Source: an uncultured Hyphomicrobiales bacterium
Lineage (GTDB): Bacteria > Bacteroidota > Ignavibacteria > Kapaibacteriales > UBA2268
Direction of reading: 5' to 3'
DNA length: 64,000 bases
Assembly: GCA_964454445.1 (NCBI GenBank)
Contig: CAYVTD010000012.1
Location: 45-64,044 of the forward strand
Below are positions 9,050-18,160 of this stretch, piece after piece (the first letter of the stretch is position 1; each line of letters begins with the position of its first letter). The position numbers were made by a program, and so were the translations under genes. The notes beneath the pieces are model-generated. The model had not been told where the DNA came from and ran no database searches. It was given only the letters and a program-made list of their open reading frames with translations.

Positions 9050-11098
9050 CTATTTCTCTATAATGATTTGCGAATTCATTAATTTATGTCTTTCAATCAA
9101 AGCTTCTCGAAATGTCTTCCAATCCTCTTTCTCATAAACTCTTTTACCCATAGAATGGCTTGCTGTAAGCTTGATTTCGTTGCCTTTAGCTTGATAACGA
9201 GCCTCGAAACTCGAGTTATCTTTCTCATTCAAAGTTTTGAATTCTGGTAATATCATAATTTTAAAATCCGCAGGAATAGTAAGCGTCTCATTCGCCAAAA
9301 ATAATTTAGAGCAGCGAATACGAAAACCATATTTTTTTTCAATGAATGAAGTATCTATGGCAAGTTCAGGCGACATATATCCATCTCTGAATGGATTAAG
9401 AGCAGAAATAGGTGTAAAAATAAACCTCCCATTAGCATATCTTGCAAAATCTGGTATGTAAAAAGAAAATTTTATCCGCATTGGTTTGCTCAAATCGTTT
9501 ACATCTGTTGTTTCAATATTATCAATCTTTGCCTGTGGAAATATATTTGACATATATTCAGGTATATACTTTTCTGCATAAGAAAGCCAAGATCTCGATA
9601 ATGACCTGCGGATCATAGCATCAGACTGCCCTTCGGCTTCAACAGTAAGAGTTCCTTTCAAGGAAGCATCATTGCCAAGTTGCGATTTGACATCAATTTT
9701 CCAATAATGATTCTCAGGAGGAGAAACAGGAGTTGTTTGCAAATCAGCCCCTTCGGGTATCCCCATTAAAAACTCTTGTTGTTGTTCGGCGCTCGACCAC
9801 ATTTCGCGTACACCAGGTATCCAAGTCGGATCGAGCAAAATCCATTTGCCATTCTTTAATTTCGCAACAGTAACACTATGATTAAACTGGTCAGCAGGAA
9901 TTTTCTCAATTCTCGAACCTGCCATTGTCATTGCTGCATAAGATTCAAAACCAGCGGCTCGCAACATCGTTACCAACATTCCAGCTTTATCCTTGCAAAC
10001 ACCACATCTATCAGAAAAAGTCATCTGACCCTTGTGTAAAGTATAGCCTTCGCCCTCACCCATCGAAATGCCAGAATAGCGGACCTCTTCGGCGACCCAG
10101 TGATTTAGAATCTCGATTTTTTTTATCTCATCGCTAACCCCACTTAAAAGTTCATCAGTTTTTTTCTGAACCTCAGGGCTTACCTCGAAGCTACCATAAT
10201 TCTCGTTTACGCCATAAAACCAAAGAGATTTAGAACGCCAATCGGGCGATGTCGATAATAATAGCTTTTCAGCAACATCAGAAGGAGAAACCATATTAGC
10301 CTCGTATTGAAATGGACTAATATCCTTTTTACTCCAACAATACAAGGTCAATCCGGAATCAATTTGAATTTCATTTTTTTCTTCTCTTTTTTCATCTGTT
10401 TTAGCAGTTGGATTCATAAGAACTTCCGTCTCTTTTCTCTTTTTCTTGCCAAAAACTATTTTCGATTCGGCAGTGCCATTGTAAAATTGGTATTGCAATG
10501 GTTTATCTGAAGGTATTTCAAGGCAGTATGCTTTTTCCAAAGTCGGATTAGATACCCAAAAAGGAACAATATCGTAAAAATGTCCCCTCATTGGAGGAAT
10601 AAACCTGTCGTCATCATCTTGAAGCAGGGCATAAGTAAAACCCTTGCGCAAAGTCATAATTTCAATAGCATCTCCTGGCTCAAGAAATCCAAACTCTATC
10701 GCTTTTTGTCTTGCTCCCCAATAGATCATCCTTGCAGGAGCAGGATAATCGTATATCTTTCCATGCCCAATTTCAAGAATTTCTCCATTTTTGCGGTAGA
10801 TCTTTGCCCCAAGCACTTCCACATTTGCTGATTGTGGGTCGTAATCCATAGTATATAATACAAAAGATTTCGCTCCAGCGTCGTTTAACATTTTTATCAA
10901 TTTATGTTCACGAGCATAGCTAAGCCCGCTTTCCTTCACTCGAACATAAGTACTATCAAAAATAACTAATATATTAGCTCCTGGATATTTTTTGGCATCT
11001 CCAGAGTTTTCAATAAGTTGATGGAAATTATCCTGCGACTTCAGTTCGGTTGAAACAAAGAGAGTTAGTAAAATAAGAAGGAAAAAGTATCTCTTCAT
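9050..11098 (-). CDS. DUF3857 domain protein with a transglutaminase-like cysteine-protease core
   Basis: It has a signal peptide. The core motif CGVCKDKAGMLVTMLRAAGFESY...FNHSVTVAKL...WILLDPTW fits the Cys-His-Asp transglutaminase-like superfamily. The N-terminal ~250 aa resemble DUF3857. Confidence 0.65.
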   Translation of the reverse strand: MKRYFFLLILLTLFVSTELKSQDNFHQLIENSGDAKKYPGANILVIFDSTYVRVKESGLSYAREHKLIKMLNDAGAKSFVLYTMDYDPQSANVEVLGAKIYRKNGEILEIGHGKIYDYPAPARMIYWGARQKAIEFGFLEPGDAIEIMTLRKGFTYALLQDDDDRFIPPMRGHFYDIVPFWVSNPTLEKAYCLEIPSDKPLQYQFYNGTAESKIVFGKKKRKETEVLMNPTAKTDEKREEKNEIQIDSGLTLYCWSKKDISPFQYEANMVSPSDVAEKLLLSTSPDWRSKSLWFYGVNENYGSFEVSPEVQKKTDELLSGVSDEIKKIEILNHWVAEEVRYSGISMGEGEGYTLHKGQMTFSDRCGVCKDKAGMLVTMLRAAGFESYAAMTMAGSRIEKIPADQFNHSVTVAKLKNGKWILLDPTWIPGVREMWSSAEQQQEFLMGIPEGADLQTTPVSPPENHYWKIDVKSQLGNDASLKGTLTVEAEGQSDAMIRRSLSRSWLSYAEKYIPEYMSNIFPQAKIDNIETTDVNDLSKPMRIKFSFYIPDFARYANGRFIFTPISALNPFRDGYMSPELAIDTSFIEKKYGFRIRCSKLFLANETLTIPADFKIMILPEFKTLNEKDNSSFEARYQAKGNEIKLTASHSMGKRVYEKEDWKTFREALIERHKLMNSQIIIEK

Positions 11099-11405
11099 CA
11101 GATTTTCCTTAATAAAAATGATAAAAACAACAAAAATAAGAAGTTTAAAGATAGAAAAAAAAGTTGATTCTGAAAAAATTTCTTATATGTTGATATAGGC
11201 AAAATCACGTTTGTTTTTTCCTGATTTTTGTCTTAACTTTATGTTTCTATGAATTGCAAAACCTAGATTAGTTTAATAACTATAATCTTGATCTTACTTA
11301 TTGATAGAAATGCAACTTTTTTAAATGAGAAGATACTATTGTAAGACAAAAACTGTTTCGGCTTATCTTGAAAAATACGAATGTTGAATAAATAAAAAAA
11401 GAACA

Positions 11406-14400
11406 ATGGACAACAAACTCCTCTACAGGATATTTGCATTATTATCCTTTGCAGTTACTTTTGTAGTGTATGCTATGACCGTACAGCCTTCAGTTCCCTT
11501 CTGGGATTGTGGCGAATTCTCTGCTGCATCAATCTGGCAGCAAGTCCCACATCCTCCGGGCGCTCCTCTTTTTTTAATGATTGCCAAGATTTTTCACATT
11601 CTTATACCTTTTGGCGATGACGGCTGGCGCATCAATATGGCTTCAGTAACCGCGACAGCTCTTACCGTGATGTTCCTTTATATAATAACAGTGAAAGTTA
11701 TTTTGAATTTCCGTGAAGAACCAAAAAGCACGGGCGATTCTCTTGCTGTTTATATTGCTCCTTTTGTAGGTTCTCTAGCATTTACTTTTAGCGATACTTT
11801 TTGGTTTAATGGTGTCGAATCAGAAGTATATGCTACATCTTCAGTTTTTGTTGCGATAGTTGTTTATCTAATGATGCGTTGGAACGAAGAAGCAGATAAT
11901 CCTCATAATGAGCGCTATTTGCTTTTAATAGCTTACTTACTTGGCCTTTCGATGGGCGTCCACTTATTGTCTTTACTTACTATATTTTCAGTAGTAATGC
12001 TTGTGTGGATGAGAAAATATTTGGGCAAAACATCAAAGCCGGTCAAGTCAGGCATCATTACAACCATTGTTGGCTTGTTTATTTTTATAATATTTTATAA
12101 AGGCTTCATCAATTGGTATCCAGCATTGCTTTCTGGCGATCTCCCTTTTAAAAATGAAGCAAAAGAGCATTTAATTGAGGACAGCCCCGCAGTCTTTGTT
12201 TTTGCCATTGCTCTGGTAGTGCTTGTGGCTTATGGTCTATATCTTGGCTTTAAGAAAAACAATTCCATTGTCAAGTTTATTTGCATGTCACTATTGCTTA
12301 TGTTTATGGGTTACATGACTTATGCACAAGTGTTAATAAGAACCCACGCCAACCCCCCAATGAATGAAAATGAACCTAAAAGTTTTCCAAAACTTGCCAG
12401 TTATTTAGGCCGCGAACAATATGGCGAAGCTGACAACTGGCCCCGCCGTTATCAACGTGATGAACAATTTATTCAATATTATAATGAAAAAGACAGCCGT
12501 GGCAATTATGTTTATGGAGAATGGTATCCACCTGCAAGAAAAGAAGTAGAACGCAAAGATGGGCAATACATCGTCGTAAACGATTGGAAAAAAATTAATT
12601 TCATGGGCGAAATCAATTATCTCTTTAAGTATCAGATTTACCACATGTATTTGCGCTACTTTTTCTGGAATTTCGTCGGCAGACTGAGCGATGTTCAAGA
12701 TGCTCCTGCTGCTTTTTTCGACAGCAAGGGCTTTGAAAAATGGAATTTCGAATCGGGCTATAAACAACTGTTTCCTATACGTTTCTTTGCAATTCCGCTC
12801 ATATTTGGTTTGATTGGCCTATGGTTTCATTTTTGGCGAGATCCAAAAATGGCAGCTGTCTATTTGATGATGTTTTTGATGATGGGAGTTCTCGCTGCAA
12901 TAGCTCAAAATCAGCAGAACCCACAACCTCGAGAACGTGATTATTTCTACGCAGGCTCGTTTATGGTCTGGTGCATGTGGATTTCACTTGGCACATATTA
13001 TCTGATAGAATGGCTTGCAAAAAAGAAAAATCCCCTTATTGTGTCAAGTATCATTGCCGTTTCGCTTCTTGTTGTGCCTATCAATATGGCTATGGGTGGT
13101 TGGAAAATGCACAGCCGCGCCGGCAACTACTTGCCTTTCGATTATTCCTATAATATATTACAAAGCACAGAGGAAAACGCTATAATTTTTACAAATGGCG
13201 ATAATGACACATTCCCGCTCTGGTATTTGCAAGATGTTGCCGGAGTTAGACGAGACGTCAGGGTAGTTAATCTTAGTTTGGCTAATACTTTATGGTATGT
13301 CGATCAATTGAAAAATCGAAGTCCTTGGGGTTCGCAAAAACTTCCATTATCATTCTCCGACGATAGCATAAAGATTTCTGATACAGACAAGGGCGCCCTT
13401 AGCTACGATTTCGGTGTTGCTTTTAATGTAGCTATTCCTGTTGATAGAGAAATATTAGAAAAATATACAAATGACCCTGCGATACTTGCTGATGGCAATA
13501 TGCGATTCCAATACAAAGCCACTCCTTATGGGCAACAAGACGGTAAAGATTTCTTCCTTTATCAAGTTAGAGATAAATTAATACTCGATATTCTTAAACA
13601 AACAAGATTCAAGAGACCTGTCTATTTTTCAAGAACTGTCGGACCAGATGTTTACAATAATTTAGAACGGTTTTTCCGTACGGAAGGAATGGCTAATCGT
13701 GTGTGTCCAGTCGAACAAAGTAGTGGCGTTGCTTCGAGCATGGAACCGGCAATTATGGATAAATGCCTGATGTACGCGGACAATAGCGATAATTTTAGCA
13801 AAACACCCAAATATGGCTTCAAATTCAGGAATCTTGGCAAACCGGGCGTCTATTATGACGAAGTTCATCGCCGATTGATGAGAAGTTATCGCCAGCTTTA
13901 CATCGAATACGCCCAACATGCTTTCTACAATATGAAAGACAGTGCAAAATCAATAAAGATTCTCGATGAGATGAACAAACAAATCTCAACCGTGTTGTTC
14001 CCATTTTCTTACGACCTCGAATATAAAGTTGCATTGATGTACGATCAGGCAGGAGCGAAGAAAAAAGCAAAGGAATATGCACAATCTGCTGTTAGAAAAT
14101 GCGAGCAAATTATGAATAATCGAGAATTAGAAACTCAATTCAAGATATATGAGGTAATGGGACGATTTTTCGGTCCTTTCCAAATTGCATCTTCACTGTA
14201 TGAAATGCTTGGCGATTACAAGAGCGCCCGCGAATGTATGCGAAAACTCGTAGATGAATCGCGAATGTATGAAGCTCAAATGCACCAGGATCCATCTACA
14301 AAACAGGAAGATATGCAAAGGCTTCAGGAGAATTTGATATACAATATGGCTGCTATTGATCGACTCGTAATTGACGAATTGACAAGCAAAGGCGACACTT

Positions 14401-14579
14401 CCGCCGCTATCGACTCGGCAAACAGGATTATTGACCGCTATGAGAAATCTAAAGATCCTTATGCTGTTTATTTGAAAACATTTATGAAGCGATCATTAAT
14501 GGATATTCAAAAACAAGATTATAATGTCAACCAATTAATACAAGAAGCTGCCGAAGAACCCGTTAATCAAGCCCAGTAG
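11406..14579 (+). CDS. DUF2723 / TMEM260-like GT-C-fold membrane glycosyltransferase with a C-terminal TPR-like helical domain (1057 aa)
   Basis: There are ~11 hydrophobic segments in the first ~560 aa, with an acidic motif PFWDCGEF in the first extracytoplasmic loop. The C-terminal ~450 aa is helical and repeat-like (YDQAGAKKKAKEYAQSA...). A GT2 gene follows 42 nt downstream. Confidence 0.65.
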   Translation: MDNKLLYRIFALLSFAVTFVVYAMTVQPSVPFWDCGEFSAASIWQQVPHPPGAPLFLMIAKIFHILIPFGDDGWRINMASVTATALTVMFLYIITVKVILNFREEPKSTGDSLAVYIAPFVGSLAFTFSDTFWFNGVESEVYATSSVFVAIVVYLMMRWNEEADNPHNERYLLLIAYLLGLSMGVHLLSLLTIFSVVMLVWMRKYLGKTSKPVKSGIITTIVGLFIFIIFYKGFINWYPALLSGDLPFKNEAKEHLIEDSPAVFVFAIALVVLVAYGLYLGFKKNNSIVKFICMSLLLMFMGYMTYAQVLIRTHANPPMNENEPKSFPKLASYLGREQYGEADNWPRRYQRDEQFIQYYNEKDSRGNYVYGEWYPPARKEVERKDGQYIVVNDWKKINFMGEINYLFKYQIYHMYLRYFFWNFVGRLSDVQDAPAAFFDSKGFEKWNFESGYKQLFPIRFFAIPLIFGLIGLWFHFWRDPKMAAVYLMMFLMMGVLAAIAQNQQNPQPRERDYFYAGSFMVWCMWISLGTYYLIEWLAKKKNPLIVSSIIAVSLLVVPINMAMGGWKMHSRAGNYLPFDYSYNILQSTEENAIIFTNGDNDTFPLWYLQDVAGVRRDVRVVNLSLANTLWYVDQLKNRSPWGSQKLPLSFSDDSIKISDTDKGALSYDFGVAFNVAIPVDREILEKYTNDPAILADGNMRFQYKATPYGQQDGKDFFLYQVRDKLILDILKQTRFKRPVYFSRTVGPDVYNNLERFFRTEGMANRVCPVEQSSGVASSMEPAIMDKCLMYADNSDNFSKTPKYGFKFRNLGKPGVYYDEVHRRLMRSYRQLYIEYAQHAFYNMKDSAKSIKILDEMNKQISTVLFPFSYDLEYKVALMYDQAGAKKKAKEYAQSAVRKCEQIMNNRELETQFKIYEVMGRFFGPFQIASSLYEMLGDYKSARECMRKLVDESRMYEAQMHQDPSTKQEDMQRLQENLIYNMAAIDRLVIDELTSKGDTSAAIDSANRIIDRYEKSKDPYAVYLKTFMKRSLMDIQKQDYNVNQLIQEAAEEPVNQAQ

Positions 14580-14621
14580 CAAGTCTATTGAGGGCAATAA
14601 ATACTTTTTTCATTAGGCGTA

Positions 14622-15356
14622 ATGGATATATTCCTGTCTTTGATAATACCCGCATTCAACGAAGAAAAGCGTATCGTGCGCTCGCTGAATGCGGCTATAA
14701 AGTATCTTTCAAGCAAGGATTTTTCTTTTGAGATCATTGTAGTTGACGATGGCTCCGGAGATAATACTATTGGAATCGTAAATGAATATATTGAAAGCCT
14801 TGAAAGTGAATATAAAAACAATATCAGGATAATCTCTCTCGGAGCTAATCTGGGCAAGGGCGCTGCGGTGCGGAATGGAATGCTTGAGGCAAAAGGCAGG
14901 TTCAGGGTGTTTTCTGATGCCGACTTTTCTACTCCTGTTTATGAAATCGAAAAATTATTAAAGTACTTTTCTGAAGGTTACGATATTGTCATTGGTAGTC
15001 GCAGTATAGATCGTTCTATGGTAAAAAAGCATCAGCCTTTTTATCGTGAAACTATGGGAAAAATCTATAATTTATTTGTACAATTGTTCGTTTTCAAGGG
15101 CATTACTGATACTCAATGTGGATTCAAGGGCTTTAGCGACTTAGCTACTACCCAGATTTTTTCTCTTGCAAAGATTAATGGCTTTAGCTTCGACGTTGAA
15201 TTGCTTTATCTTTCGCAAAAATTGGGATTGAAGACTAAACAAGTCCCCGTTGAATGGTATAATGACGAACGAAGTACTGTCAATCCTATAACTGATTCTG
15301 CTAGAATGTTTTACGAATTGCTGAAAATAAAGCGATTACATAAAACAGATACTTGA
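14622..15356 (+). CDS. GT2 glycosyltransferase, polyprenol-phosphate mannose/glucose synthase (Dpm1-like)
   Basis: It carries IIPAFNEEKRI...VVDDGSGDNT and FSDADFS (a DxD motif), and at ~244 aa has the typical size and motifs of Dpm1/Ppm1/GtrB-type enzymes. Confidence 0.8.
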   Translation: MDIFLSLIIPAFNEEKRIVRSLNAAIKYLSSKDFSFEIIVVDDGSGDNTIGIVNEYIESLESEYKNNIRIISLGANLGKGAAVRNGMLEAKGRFRVFSDADFSTPVYEIEKLLKYFSEGYDIVIGSRSIDRSMVKKHQPFYRETMGKIYNLFVQLFVFKGITDTQCGFKGFSDLATTQIFSLAKINGFSFDVELLYLSQKLGLKTKQVPVEWYNDERSTVNPITDSARMFYELLKIKRLHKTDT

Positions 15357-15416
15357 TTAATGTTTGCATTTGATTTGGTGAGTTTATTAATTATAACCAT
15401 TTAGGTTCTTAGCAGA

Positions 15417-17375
15417 TTATTTCTTTTTTATTCTTATCAATATTATATTTTTTGAGCATACTCTACTGGGACTGATTCTTTTTGAGAGTGATATGCTCGT
15501 CAGTTTAGAGTTTTTTTCTATATATTTTTTTAATTTATCTGCTGCTCCTGCCCTGTTTTCATCAAAATATTGAATTTCTATAGACTTTGTAAGCTCTTGA
15601 TAAGCTAGATAATATTGCAGAAGTTTAATATTTTCATCATCGATTAAAAAATCATCAGCAATAGAAAAAAGATAAAACTCGAAATAATGCTCCCCTTCGC
15701 TTGTTACCGTCTTTTCTTCGATTTTATCTACATGAGAAATCAACAGAAGGCGTTCAGTCGAGTCAATACAACCATCAGAACTCTCATAGACATAGCGAAG
15801 CACTAGTTCGTCAGAATTTACTAAAAGTTGTTTGGGAATATTATCCAAGTTAGCATTGATTTCGCTAACGAAGCTATCATCACTACTCAATTCAATTTCT
15901 TTGCCTTCGTTGCCGATTAAAGCTGTCAATCGCCATTTTTTTATCAATTTCTCATCTTTTGTATTTACAAAAACAGTTAGCTCTTCAGGATCGGTAACAA
16001 GTCCTCCATCAATGTTCGTATTTATAATCGGTTCAGACTGAACGGAATGATTGAGTTTAATCCTAAGAAAGCCAGCGATGTTTTCTGGGAGCAAATATTG
16101 CTGATTTGTTTCCAGAACTTCTATCTTAACATTTTTGAATTCTTTTAATAATAATTCCTGATATTCAGCAGCTCTTTTTCTGATTTTTTCTTTGTTATAG
16201 TCGTTTTCTGAAAAAAACTCAATTGTAATAGATGAAACTTTTCTTAGCCTCTCTAGCGGCATTGCTATGCCAAGCTTTCCGCCAATTTCAGACGAAGCAC
16301 CTGGGAAAGATCCATAAGATAAGCTGCTATCCACACAAAGGGAAACAGGAAGAAACTTGCTATCAATTCCAATATTTTCTTTTGCCCAATCTTTATAAAA
16401 GAAAATGTATGGCAAAGGGCGACCAGCCGATTTCTTTAATTCTGCTTTTATTGTGACCAATTCAGAATTTAAGCCAATGGCAATTTTAATTTTTTCTTTT
16501 ATTTCTTTAGGTTCTCCATATTCCTTTTTTGAAACATATAAATCATAATTTCCGGATCGATTTGAAGCAAAAATGGCTCTACCATCTGGTAATAATGAAA
16601 AATCGGAATCATCAAAAGAACTGTTTAGCTCCGAAAGAGGCTGTGGGCTCCTCCATTTTCCATCTATTTGGGCAGAAAAAAATATATCGAAATCACCTTT
16701 AGCCAAGCCGTGTCTGCCATTACTAGCGAAGTATAAAGTATCTCCTTCGCCAATATATGGAGTAATTTCATCTCCGGTTGTATTCAAATCAGGATAAGAA
16801 TACTTCGACAAACTCTCTGGACCGCTCCAGGAGCCATTGCCATAATTAAAACATATCCAAAGGTCAGTATCTCCATTTGTATTGCCTTTGTTCGACGCAA
16901 ATACAATAAAGCTGCCATCTGGTGAAGTCGCCGGATGAGAAGCAAAATACTCGCCTGACAGACTATCAACCACTCTTGAGTTGCCCCAGGCATTTTTATT
17001 CAAAGAACAAGTAAAAAGATTCAAGAAAGAACGTTTTTCATATAAAACAAAGGAAGAAAACAATGCTGTTTCAGCATCTATAAAGGTAATATAAGATTGA
17101 TTGTTTCTTTTTTTGTTAATTCCATTTCCAAGCTTTTCTGCTGGTAAAAATTTCCCATCAACAGACAAAAATGATCGATAAAATAAGGAATACCCCTCTT
17201 TGGTGGAATTAAAATAGAGTGAATTATCATATCTATTGTAACTGGGGGCAAACTCATCTCTCTTGCTGTTTAATTCATCGATAGCCATAGGGATAGACCA
17301 CTTCCAGGCTATCGCACCGGAATAAGATAGCAAACTTAAAAACACTGTCAATAGTATGCAAAATCGACCTTGCAT
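15417..17375 (-). CDS. Secreted TolB-like (PD40 / WD40-like beta-propeller repeat) protein
   Basis: It has a signal peptide and repeated PD40-type motifs (DEFAPSYNRYDNSLYFNS, DGSFIVFASNKGN, DGRAIFASNRSGNYDLY). Confidence 0.5.
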   Translation of the reverse strand: MQGRFCILLTVFLSLLSYSGAIAWKWSIPMAIDELNSKRDEFAPSYNRYDNSLYFNSTKEGYSLFYRSFLSVDGKFLPAEKLGNGINKKRNNQSYITFIDAETALFSSFVLYEKRSFLNLFTCSLNKNAWGNSRVVDSLSGEYFASHPATSPDGSFIVFASNKGNTNGDTDLWICFNYGNGSWSGPESLSKYSYPDLNTTGDEITPYIGEGDTLYFASNGRHGLAKGDFDIFFSAQIDGKWRSPQPLSELNSSFDDSDFSLLPDGRAIFASNRSGNYDLYVSKKEYGEPKEIKEKIKIAIGLNSELVTIKAELKKSAGRPLPYIFFYKDWAKENIGIDSKFLPVSLCVDSSLSYGSFPGASSEIGGKLGIAMPLERLRKVSSITIEFFSENDYNKEKIRKRAAEYQELLLKEFKNVKIEVLETNQQYLLPENIAGFLRIKLNHSVQSEPIINTNIDGGLVTDPEELTVFVNTKDEKLIKKWRLTALIGNEGKEIELSSDDSFVSEINANLDNIPKQLLVNSDELVLRYVYESSDGCIDSTERLLLISHVDKIEEKTVTSEGEHYFEFYLFSIADDFLIDDENIKLLQYYLAYQELTKSIEIQYFDENRAGAADKLKKYIEKNSKLTSISLSKRISPSRVCSKNIILIRIKKK

Positions 17376-17377
17376 AG

Positions 17378-18079
17378 CTATTCTGCCTCAGCCAACAGAT
17401 CTTTAATTGAACTCTCTTTACAAAAAACAACAAGAATATCGCCTTTTTCTATACGAGTGTCAGGTTTGGGAATACCTATAATCACAGTCTTTTCCTTTTC
17501 ATTAATCGAGAGCAAGCCCCGTTTGACAAATTGCTTTTTAATAGTAACAATATTCAAAGCATAGTTTTCTCTAACATTAAGCTCGATAAGCGTTTTCCCC
17601 ACAAAAACTGCAGGAGCAAGTATCTCGAAAATCCCATACTCTTCTGAAAGCTCCAAAGAATCGATAATGCCAGGAATCAATAACATATTAGCTAGCTTGG
17701 CAGCTGCATCTGCCTCCGGAACTAATAAGTGGCTAATGCCCATCAGCTTGAGCAAGCGCTCGTGAACCGAAGAAATAACACGATTATAAATGTTTTTAAC
17801 GCCAATTTCCTGAAGCAGGGCGCTTGTCATAAGCGAGCTTTCGAAACCCTCTCCAATGGCAACTATAGCTGCATCCATCTCCTCGATACCCATACTTTTT
17901 AATGTAGTCAGATCCGTCGTATCCATGCAAACTGCATGAGTTACCCTGTCAGCAATAAGATTGACTTTCTCCTGATCGATGTCGATAGCCAGCACTTCGG
18001 CACCTGATTCGCTTAATCTAAGTGCAAGATTTAGCCCGAAATAGCCCAATCCGATAACGCAAAACTTCTTTACTGCCAT
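17378..18079 (-). CDS. trkA: Potassium-uptake NAD-binding protein TrkA/KtrA
   Basis: It has a Rossmann motif (IGLGYFGLNLALRL) followed by a TrkA-C domain, and it lies next to trkH. Confidence 0.85.
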   Translation of the reverse strand: MAVKKFCVIGLGYFGLNLALRLSESGAEVLAIDIDQEKVNLIADRVTHAVCMDTTDLTTLKSMGIEEMDAAIVAIGEGFESSLMTSALLQEIGVKNIYNRVISSVHERLLKLMGISHLLVPEADAAAKLANMLLIPGIIDSLELSEEYGIFEILAPAVFVGKTLIELNVRENYALNIVTIKKQFVKRGLLSINEKEKTVIIGIPKPDTRIEKGDILVVFCKESSIKDLLAEAE

Positions 18080-18160
18080 TGTTTTTCCATTTATAATATT
18101 TTAGTTATTTTGATTACTCTTTATTTAAAAAATTAATCTTATTTGTGCAATAAAACTGCA

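Noticed and set aside
12405-12767. A 120-aa minus-strand ORF inside the DUF2723 gene
   Set aside because: It is embedded in a continuous 1057-aa plus-strand ORF with coherent membrane topology, so it is a spurious antisense frame.
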